From: Bugula neritina | Taxonomy: Eukaryota; Animalia; Bryozoa | Direction of reading: 5' to 3' | DNA length: 25,983 nucleotides | Assembly (NCBI GenBank): GCA_964035545.1 | Contig: CAXIUT010000098.1 | Coordinates: forward strand, 1-25,983 | In this document: positions 1-8,387 of the stretch, piece by piece | Position numbering within the stretch: position 1 is the first letter of the stretch | How the letters are laid out: each line of letters begins with the position of its first letter | The notes under the pieces: model-generated | What the model was told of the DNA's origin: nothing | The model's input: the letters and a program-made list of their open reading frames with translations, nothing else | Databases searched by the model: none | Position numbers and translations under genes: made by a program

Positions 1-87
1 CCCAACCCCAACCCCAACCCCAACCCCAACCCCAACCCCAACCCCAACCCCAACCCCAACCCCAACCCCAACCCCAACCCCAACCCC
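1..87 (+). repeat. Left telomere, (CCCCAA)n, Tetrahymena-type C4A2
   Basis: Perfect hexamer repeat from base 1 (starts CCCAA) to CCCC at 84-87, then unique sequence. Confidence 0.99.
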
Positions 88-153
88 TGTGTTTGAGACT
101 ATTAACTTCCATCAATAAGTTTTATGAATAGTAAATTATTTGATAATTTAAAA

Positions 154-525
154 ATGGCAAGTATCAACGAACTCAAAGACGTTCTCAAGTAGACTCTAGA
201 GGAGCGAGGAGTATTGTCTCAGATTAGAGCTAAGATAAGATCAGAAATATTCAATACTCTCAATGACAGTCCTCCGAGTCGACCTGATCTATCTAATGAA
301 AACTTGATGATCAACGAACTGATCAGATAGTATTTGACTTTCAACGGATATCAGCATACGCTATCTGTTTTTTTACCTGAAAGTGGACAACCTCAGCAGC
401 CTCCCTTCGAAAGAAACCACATCACTAAGCAGTTAAAGATAGTAGAAGATAGGAAAAGTCAAGAACTGCCTTTACTTTATGGTCTTACCTTTGGAAATAA
501 GAAACAAATTGAAAGAAATTAGTGA
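154..525 (+). CDS. FOPNL: FOR20/FOPNL (CEP20) LisH-domain basal-body protein, 123 aa
   Basis: With TAR=Glu: MASINELKDVLKETLEERGVLSQIRAKIRSEIFNTLND...SNENLMINELIREYLTFNGYQHTLSVFLPESGQP...LPLLYGL, matching FOR20 motifs. TAG falls at the conserved ELIR-E-YL. Ends TAG TGA; no intron. Confidence 0.95.
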
Positions 526-550
526 TCAGCATTTGTTTTGATAATATAAA

Positions 551-695
551 TGCTATTATGACAATGTTAAGTTATTAATGACAATGTTAGGTTATTATTG
601 ACAATATTAATGCCATTAATGACAATATAAATGATATTATTGATAATATTAATGTTATTATTGATAATATTAATGCTGTTATTGATATTAAGGTT
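551..695. repeat. Degenerate 20-21 bp AT-rich tandem repeat (about 7 copies)
   Basis: Successive units such as attaatgacaatgttaggtt / attattgacaatattaatgcc / attattgataatattaatgtt, just downstream of FOR20. Confidence 0.8.
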
Positions 696-1408
696 GATAT
701 CATCTGATTCTTTTGAATTTTTTGAGTTAGTTTGTGTTAGTTTGTGTTTAATGATGGATGATTGGTCTGAGAGTTGATGGACATAAGGTTTTTCTTTTGG
801 AGAGACGATCTATTTTATCATTTTAAATATCAACTATTCTTTTAGTTTTTAATTTTATTTTATTCATTTAATTATAAAAATTTAGTTATTGTTTTTATTA
901 ATTCTGATAGCTACCAGTTGAATGTTTGATATTTTTGAAAGGTAAATTAAAAATATTTTAGTCTAGTACTTAATTTTGTTAGTTGATATTTTACGTATTC
1001 TAACATAAAACCATCTTATCCTCTTGATTATTTTTATCAATTTTGTGTTAATTTATTTATTAATGGATAACAGTGACAGCATTGATTTAATCTAAAAAGG
1101 ATGATTTTTATGATTTATTATGCTATCTTTATAGTTAATAGATGGTATTAGATAGAAATATAACTTTTTAGGTAATCTTTTTTGTTTTATTTTTACTTAT
1201 TATCATTTATTATTTTAGTATTTAGTTATTGGTATTAAGAGTTTAGATTATTTCATTTTTACTTTGTATGATATGTATATATTATTCTTATCTCATTTTC
1301 ATTCTTTCTTATCTTTATCTACATAATTATAATTCTCTTATCAATTGTTTCTCTTCATCTTTATCTGCTTCTTTATTGTCTTATAAATCTTAATGCTCAT
1401 TTATTATC

Positions 1409-1837
1409 ATGAATTTTATCTGCTTTTTTAGCATTGCTACGATCTTATTTATTGAGTCTATTTTTTATTATGAATCTAATGATTATCTGTTGTGGAAATA
1501 ACTTCCCCAGATGTTCCTTAAAAAGTTATAACTTGTGTATTCAGATGAAAAAGGAAGATTAAAAGAGTTTGTGGAAGGCTATTGGAATATTTTGGTACGT
1601 TTTGTTTAGGTTGCCATTCAAATATAACGTTAATGTAATTTAGTTATTTTAAATCAATAAATCTTATACAGTTTATTCTAGTTAGTAGTTGACTCAAAGA
1701 AGATATTGGTAAATGATGGATAGTTTATAGAAGAAGATAGATCGTTTAGTATAAGGTTTTCTGAAGTTATCTATAGTTATAGTTGTTTGAAAATAGTGGC
1801 TGAAATATAACTTTTTGTAAAATGTGATTAAAATTGA
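1409..1837 (+). CDS. Hypothetical protein, 142 aa, hydrophobic N-terminus
   Basis: ATG-to-TGA frame under TAR=Glu: MNFICFFSIATILFIESIFYYESNDYLLWKELPQMFLKKLELVYSDEKGRLKEFVEGYWNILVRFVEVAIQ...FVKCDEN. No recognised family; with one stop codon an ORF this long can arise by chance. Confidence 0.45.
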
Positions 1838-1908
1838 GTTAGTGATAGTAAATTGGAGTAAAGCTTTATAATTAAAAGGATTTTTGATGTTTTTAGTGTA
1901 TAATATCA

Positions 1909-4762
1909 ATGAATAAAAATAAAAACAACGCAGATGACCCTCCTCCCACATCTTATCGTTTCTTCTTAGGATCACGTGAGAGATATATTCATATTTCTAG
2001 TGACTTTTAAGGAGGAAATATCCAACTAGTACGACAACTAACTGAGTTCAATGTACCTATCCCCTCACTAAGTATCGACTCAACTGCATTGATGATGGAA
2101 CAAAAACCAAACATAGAGTCAATTCCAAAAGTTGGTTTTATTTCAGAGTTCATGGCTTCCCTAAAAATACGAGAGGAAAGTTTACAGTCACCAGGTTGCA
2201 AACTCTCATGGCAGTTTTTGTATTAAATATTGTATGCAGAATACTTCTCCAAAAAGCTACAGGCCTGTCTTTAGATAAAGAGGCAACAATAGTCTTTAGT
2301 GGTCTGAATGGGGAAGGATAAGCACCTAAAGTCCACTGGTGTTGCGAGAAACGGGAGAGCTAGAGTGCACATTCGAGTATTTATTCAAAAACGAGGAGCA
2401 ACAAGTCGAATTTGCCTTCGCTTTTCCTTATAGTTACGCTCGTAATATTGAATATTTGAACGCTTTGAATGAATATTACTGCAACGATTAGTTCTATTTC
2501 CACAAGGAGATATTGATACATAGTCCTGAGGAAAGAAATATCCACCTATTAACTTTTACATCCTATGATCAGCCAGATAAGTAGCATGAGGAGTAAGAGA
2601 TATTTAACAATGAGCTGTTTCCTTAAAAGTGTAGACCTAAGCGATTCAAGAAGCCAGTGATATTGATATCTGCAAGGGTACATCCTGGAGAGACGGCAGC
2701 TTCTTTTGCTATGGAAGGAGTAATTGATTTTCTGGTTAATAATTCGGATTTACGTTCTTATTTGTTGAAGAAGATGTTTGTGTTTATGGTTGTGCCAATG
2801 ATCAATGTGGATGGAGTATTTCATGGTCATTTTAGAATGGATGGATTTGGAAAAAATCTAAATCGATACTACGTTGACCCTTCTGCCTAAAAGCAGCCTG
2901 CAGTATACGGTATACGTTAGTTGGCAGATCATTTGATCAAGGAAGGTCGATTGTCTCATTATTTTGACTTGCATGCGCATAATGCTAAAAAAGGTGCTTT
3001 TATTTATGGAAATGCTATCAACGATTTTGTGTAGCAGGTGGAAAGTCAGGTGTTTTGTAAGTTATTTGCTCTTAATCACAGTGGGTTTTAGTATTAGTAT
3101 TGTAACTTTTCTCAGAAACAGATGAACTCGAAAGATAGAAACTAAGAGAGGACTAAAGAAGGATGTGGAAGAGTAGTCATGCATAAAAAAGCTCATATCA
3201 TTCATTCTTATAGTCTATAATGTGGCATAATCGCTCCTGTTAAATACAAAACTCCACCTACTCCTATGAACAAAGATTTCTAGTTGGCTCATCATAAACT
3301 TATAGAATCAGCGCCTGTCACTACAAATACTCAAGACCCAGTTTATTTTACTCAGTAATCTTATAAATAGTTGGGAAAGTCAATGTTGATATCGATATTA
3401 GACGCATTTGATAAGAATCCTTTCAATCGGGTGTACAACTCAGCTCATAAGTCGATGGAGCTGTTAAGAAGGTTGACAGCTTTTGAAGTATTTCATACAG
3501 CTGAGAGGTTTAGAATGTTTTAGAAGTATATTTATGGTAAAGTTAAAAACATCAATGAGCTGATTAGATAAGTTCTCAACTCTAAACTTCACTACAGATA
3601 ACTTTATAACTTCTACTTTTATAATGATAAAGAACTCAAAAATACTCAATGGCCTTAAAATATACCAGGATTGGTCAAACCGAAGTATACTCAAAAACTT
3701 AGACGATTCAGATCTTTACAGGAACCTAAATTGGAATATTCTTTATCTTTTCTTGAAGATGTCAGAACTAATAGAGACCAGCTAGAGCACTAGTTAACCG
3801 AAAGTAATGTTAGAATCAACAAAATAGAAGAACAAATGATTTAACAGGAAAATAATCAATCAAGCGAGACTGAAAATGAAGAAGATCCTCTTGAAGAAGG
3901 CAACTATTATGAATAACTGTTGGCTGAAGGAAAATAGATACATAGTCAGGTTTTTATTCCTTTGTAGAAACAAAATCGAGAAGAGCTTTAACCTGATTTT
4001 GAGATATCAAGCTGGAGTACTTACAATTAAAAACCTAAAGAATCTTGGCTTAATTAAGAAAAAGCTCTTTCTATCAGTTAGAAAGATTCGAATGAAGAGA
4101 TAGCACTGAACCTATGTGAGCCTGAGGAAATATAGCAACCTAGAAAGATGAAAATATTTTAGAGACCAAGTTAATCATAGTATCAAGAGTTGAAAATAGC
4201 TCCACTTGAGAGTCCTTCGATGCGTGTTCGTCGTTTATTGAAGAATTAGCAACAGCAGCCTAAAAAGAAAATAACTTCTCATAACTAGATCAAGGGTAGA
4301 ATTAGTGAGATGATAAGCAATATACCTCAAGTTTGTCAGAATTCATTTGTGGCAAATAATACTTTGACTAATTATAGTGGCCTATCTGTTAAAAACGAGA
4401 GGTAGAGAGAAGGACAGTATCCTGAACGTGAGATGCGTTTGTTTTAAGAGATAAAGTTGGAGATCAGATAGTAGTTGAGGAGACATAAGGAGAAGACGGG
4501 AGTGGTGACAGCTAATGTGAAGAAGAGCAAAGGAGTCAAGTATAATAGTTTATCTGAGGTGAAGGAAAAGGAGAGAATTAAATCTACTAATGTTAATTTT
4601 TTGAATTTAAATCTGAATGTGACTCAACAAAAGAATAAATCTCAATCTTTGCAGCGGTCGCCTAGCAAATCTTCTGTAATAAAGACTCAACTGCCTGCTT
4701 TGAACTCACATATACTAATTATTAGCAATAGTAATAGTTCTAAGGGATTGGGACATAATTGA
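1909..4762 (+). CDS. AGBL5: Cytosolic carboxypeptidase 5-like tubulin deglutamylase (M14), 937 aa; join(1909..2052,2073..2219,2240..4762)
   Basis: Motifs SDFEGGN, SWFYF, FAFAFPYSY, ARVHPGE, NLNR, DLHAH, CNFSQKQM..KEGCGRV and HSYSLECG (catalytic Glu = TAA at 3218-3220). Two 20-nt GT-AG introns restore the frame. Long charged C-terminal tail. Confidence 0.93.
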
Positions 4763-4803
4763 AGAAGTGATTGGTAATTATATTAATGACTCTATCTTTT
4801 TTA

Positions 4804-4813
4804 GTTGATGGAA
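4804..4813 (+). promoter_or_regulatory. Candidate upstream motif RTTGATGRA (copy before eIF2 beta)
   Basis: GTTGATGGAA about 65 nt before the ATG; similar words precede several other starts. Function is inferred only. Confidence 0.35.
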
Positions 4814-4878
4814 TTTATGAGTAGGCAATATATTAATTCTTGAGTATTTCTTTTATATTAATAATCATTAATTAAATC

Positions 4879-5566
4879 ATGAAGGAAGAGTTCGAGGATA
4901 TGAAGATCATTACCGACTTCAAAAAACCAAAAAAAGCCAAAAAAGCAGAACAAGGTATGACTTCAATCATGTAGTATAGTCGACTGCGAAAGTTGAAGAT
5001 AGTGTTAAGACTAAACCAGTTGATAATTAGAAAAGATACGTGCAATTGCTAAAGAGAGTGACAGAATTACTCAATAAAAACAATCCCTAACTAGGTACTC
5101 TATAAGTTAGTTAGCTTAAAAATCAAAAATCGTGTTGAAGCCTCCTCAATCAACTAGAGTTGGATCTAAAAAAACAGCTATTCTTAACTTCGCTGACTTA
5201 TGTAAGCAACTCGATCGGCATCCTTAGCATGTGATGAACTTTTTTATAAACTAGTTGGGTCGAGAGGGTTCCATGGGTAACGTGGGCTTTAGTACTTATT
5301 TCTTTATTTCAGCTATTAAAATAGTCATTCAACCTAAACAAATTTAAAATTTATTCAGAAAATATATCACAGAATTCGTTCAATGTCAAATCTGTAAAAG
5401 ACAAAATACCTAATTGGTCAAAGATGACAAAATGAGATTGTGGACTTTACAGTGCAGAGATTGTAAATGTAAGCGAACTGTGCCTACTATGAAGGGAGCT
5501 GAGAAGAAATATGAAGATTATGAGGAAGAGTTGGCTGAAAGAGAGGAAAAAGAGGGCAGTAGTTGA
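4879..5566 (+). CDS. EIF2S2: Translation initiation factor eIF2 beta, 208 aa; join(4879..4954,4975..5094,5115..5291,5313..5566)
   Basis: [64 protein letters not shown] (C4 zinc finger). Two 20-nt introns are required for frame; a 21-nt in-frame intron is inferred from alignment length. Confidence 0.93.
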
Positions 5567-5569
5567 TGA

Positions 5570-5579
5570 GTTGATGGAT
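5570..5579 (+). promoter_or_regulatory. Candidate upstream motif RTTGATGRA (copy before RPL31)
   Basis: GTTGATGGAT in the 55-nt spacer, with a second GTTGATGA overlapping the eIF2 beta stop. Confidence 0.35.
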
Positions 5580-5621
5580 ATCATAAATATTAATATTTAA
5601 TTTAATAATTAATTAGTGGTA

Positions 5622-5981
5622 ATGCCTAAGAAGGAGCAAAGAACTGGACTCACTGAAACAGCTGTTGATACGACTGTCAACATCCACAAGTTGGCTCATA
5701 GAGCTACTTTCAAGAGAAAGGCACCTACTGCTATCAAGAAAATAAAGCAACTTGTCCACAAGATGATGAAGACAGAAGACGTGAGAGTAGATCCCAAGCT
5801 GAATCAGTTTGTTTGGGCTCAGGGAGTTAGAAACTTACCTCACAAAGTCAGAGTTAGAATTTCAAGAAAGAGAAACGAAGAAGAAGGATCTTCCAAAGGA
5901 GAATTCTATTCTCTTGTTCAACATGTTCACATTGAAGATTTTGCTGGAAGACTCACTGAAAAGGCTAAGCTCTCTGCATGA
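5622..5981 (+). CDS. RPL31: 60S ribosomal protein L31 (eL31), 119 aa
   Basis: TVNIHKLAHRATFKRKAPTAIKKIK..MKTEDVRVDPKLNQFVWAQGVRNLPHKVRVRISRKRNEEE. True ATG is 5622, not the GTG at 5616. Confidence 0.97.
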   Translation: MPKKEQRTGLTETAVDTTVNIHKLAHRATFKRKAPTAIKKIKQLVHKMMKTEDVRVDPKLNQFVWAQGVRNLPHKVRVRISRKRNEEEGSSKGEFYSLVQHVHIEDFAGRLTEKAKLSA

Positions 5982-6336
5982 TTGTTAGTCTATTATTTAA
6001 ACCCTAATCCCTTCATGTATTTGACTTTTAAATTCATAAAATATATCTAGTGCATAAATATTCAAAAATAGTCTTTAATAAATTTTTAAATCAATAAAAT
6101 ATTTGTCTAATATTTTAAGATGTCATCAATTGAATCAATTATCATCGATTTCTTATCATATTTTTAAAATTTTAAATATTTTCTTTTCGTTAACAAATGA
6201 TAAAAATATTTTTTACTAAAAAATACCTCAAAATAAATCAAAAAATGCCTTAAAAAAGGTATTATCAAACGATAAAATGACTAATAGTTGATAATTTACT
6301 TTATAATATTGAAGATATTTATGGAAGGAGAGGCTA

Positions 6337-6896
6337 TCATTTGTACTTTTTTTATACTTTTTTAGCTAATACAGTATTAAACTGTTCCCAAGTTATTGAC
6401 TGTTTTCCCTTGCCTGCAATAGTCTGGATAGATTCTTCTACTTGATCATCATTCAAGTTAAGTTTCAACATGATTGATAGTTTTTTGAGGGTATTGAAGG
6501 TAACTCTTTCTTATCCTTCACGATCAAGCATCGAAAAAGCTTGTCTTCTTCCTTCTTAGCTTTGTGCATGACCCTAAATATAAAATAAAGAACTATGGAA
6601 TTAGTCAGCATTGTTAGAAAATCTTAAAATCCAACCCATTCTCCATCCAATTGATCGGCAATATCTTACAATGATTTATAAATGAACTAATGTGATTTAT
6701 CGTAGCCTAGAGTTTTGGCTGTAACGACAATTTATCTAACATCTGCTTGTCTTCTGTTGTCTGCGTAGAGGTTGAAAAGAGTCCAGAAGTCTTAAATTTG
6801 TTTTATTTAGAAGCTTGGGTTTTGTGATACTATGGGTTTGGCCCAGATCTTTTTGTGTTATTCATCTATTATGGCTTTTTTGTCTATTTTGCTCAT
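6337..6896 (-). CDS. Divergent centrin/spasmin-like EF-hand protein, 179 aa; complement(join(6337..6573,6594..6896))
   Basis: QIEDFWTLFNLY..VREIVVTAKTLGYDKSHEFIYKSLEDI..VGFEDFLTMLT..RQAFSMLDREGEERVTFNTLKKLS..LNDDQVEESI..ITWEQF follows the centrin four-EF-hand layout. One 20-nt intron at 6574-6593. Confidence 0.8.
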
Positions 6897-6956
6897 AGAT
6901 ATATCAAATATAATATAATTTAAACAGTTTATTTTATTTATTCTTCATCAATCTTC

Positions 6957-7025
6957 GGGGTTGGGGTTGGGGTTGGGGTTGGGGTTGGGGTTGGGGTTGG
7001 GGTTGGGGTTGGGGTTGGGGTTGGG
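6957..7025 (+). repeat. Internal telomeric tract (GGGGTT)n, right-end orientation, 69 bp
   Basis: Perfect repeat beginning GGGG and ending TTGGG, followed directly by coding sequence. Confidence 0.99.
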
Positions 7026-7648
7026 ACTGAAGTTCTCCTCTTCTTTACTCATCATCAGCTTCCTGTCTTTACTCTTTCTGTAGTCCTTTTCTCTCGATAA
7101 AATCGATTAGGGATAGAAGTAATTACCATAACGTGATACTTCTAAGCTCTCATGGATCCAGTTTCTATTTTGTTGGATAACGTGTCGATAAAACTTATGT
7201 AGAGTGAATCTGGTTGTTTTCCACCATGCATAAGCTGCAAATCCTAACCATCCTCCTACTCCTGCCACACCTAGCCATCCAAAGTTTTGATAGAATTGAG
7301 TTTAGTTGATTTTTCTAATTCCATATCTGCCCACTGGAATGAGTCTTCTGCATACTTTTTGAGTAGTAAATAGGAACATTGAACTCATGACCCATACTGC
7401 AAAAGCTCTGGGGAAGGTAAAGGCTTTCATATCTCTTTGTAGGAAGTCTTCGAAGTTTCTGGAGAGGGTGAGTCTGAATGTTTATGATATTACCTGACAC
7501 CTCTATCGAGGACGTACGTTCTGTGGTCGATCATTTTTTGATCTCTAATGTTTTCCATTCCTATTTTCATGAACTTTTTGAAAGCAGGATTATCGCCATG
7601 ATTCCAGTATCTCTGTGGGTCGAAGTACAACTCTGGAACTTTAGACAT
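7026..7648 (-). CDS. 3'-truncated membrane protein with two hydrophobic segments, possibly mitochondrial; complement(join(<7026..7473,7494..7648))
   Basis: MSKVPELYFDPQRYWNHGDNPAFKKFMK..FPRAFAVWVMSSMFLFTTQ..FGWLGVAGVGGWLGFAAYAWWKTTRF..KEEENFS, then the frame enters the telomere with no TGA. 20-nt intron at 7474-7493. Mitochondrial role is a guess from composition. Confidence 0.8.
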
Positions 7649-7809
7649 ATCACACTATTATCAATTAAATATAAATCATCTATCAACTACAACTCAATAA
7701 CTAAAATAAAAATAATAGCAATCATAAATATAAATAAATTTATGTTTTTAGTTATTTTAATTATCAATATGGTTATTTATAAATATTTAATAATCTAAAT
7801 TTGACTAAA

Positions 7810-7890
7810 GGGGTTGGGGTTGGGGTTGGGGTTGGGGTTGGGGTTGGGGTTGGGGTTGGGGTTGGGGTTGGGGTTGGGGTTGGGGTTGGG
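7810..7890 (+). repeat. Internal telomeric tract (GGGGTT)n, right-end orientation, 81 bp
   Basis: Perfect repeat beginning GGGG and ending TTGGG. Confidence 0.99.
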
Positions 7891-7892
7891 AT

Positions 7893-8168
7893 ATTTGTAT
7901 TATCAACTCTTAGAATGCACTTTACCAACCATAAGTGAAATATTGTTTGTCAAATTTTGATTTAATTGCTAGTAGATAATATATAAAAGTAGTAGAAAAA
8001 GAAAGAGTAGTATAGGAAAGATAGGATTTGTTCCTAAAAAGATAAAAATCATCAACAAATGGATGTGAGTAATAATACAAAATGCCAAAAAAAGAGTAAA
8101 AAATCAAATTAAATAAAAAAACAACACCCATTTTTAAGATAACTAAAAGAAATGATTGGATATGTTGA
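7893..8168 (+). CDS. 5'-truncated C-terminal fragment of an unknown protein
   Basis: Frame is open from the telomere junction to TGA at 8166-8168: ICIINSENALYQPEVKYCLSNFDLIASREYIKVVEKERVVEEREDLFLKREK...KITKRNDWIC. Glu/Lys-rich, purine-rich, with no initiating ATG. Confidence 0.55.
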
Positions 8169-8387
8169 ATATCAAAGGATGAACTGATTACTACTATACA
8201 CTGATAAAACAAAAATGGAATACTAAAGTTATATTTTATTATTTTGTCTGATATGAATTGAGTTGATGAAGGTTGGCGGTGTAGTTGAATCGATTTAGTT
8301 AAGGTTTCAAAATAATTTGAATTGTAAAAAGTTGCATGATTTTATTATCCCATATTAGTTTTAAATATCAAAATCATTCAAACCTGA

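Noticed and set aside
88-125. Conserved chromosome-breakage motif at fixed distance from telomeres
   Set aside because: The four subtelomeric flanks share no aligned word; the TTGATG copies near two ends differ in distance and orientation.
520-525. Context-dependent TAR termination (TAG TGA here, TAA TGA in the carrier)
   Set aside because: Every complete gene has an in-frame TGA, none ends on TAR alone, and no in-frame sense TGA was needed.
758-907. Short ORF MIGLRVDGHKVFLLERRS...
   Set aside because: About 50 codons, T-rich, no recognisable motif; expected by chance with a single stop codon.
3218-3220. TAR=Gln (table 6) or TAA=Lys
   Set aside because: TAA occupies the CCP5 catalytic Glu and the catalase FDRERIPE Glu, while conserved Gln sites use CAA/CAG.
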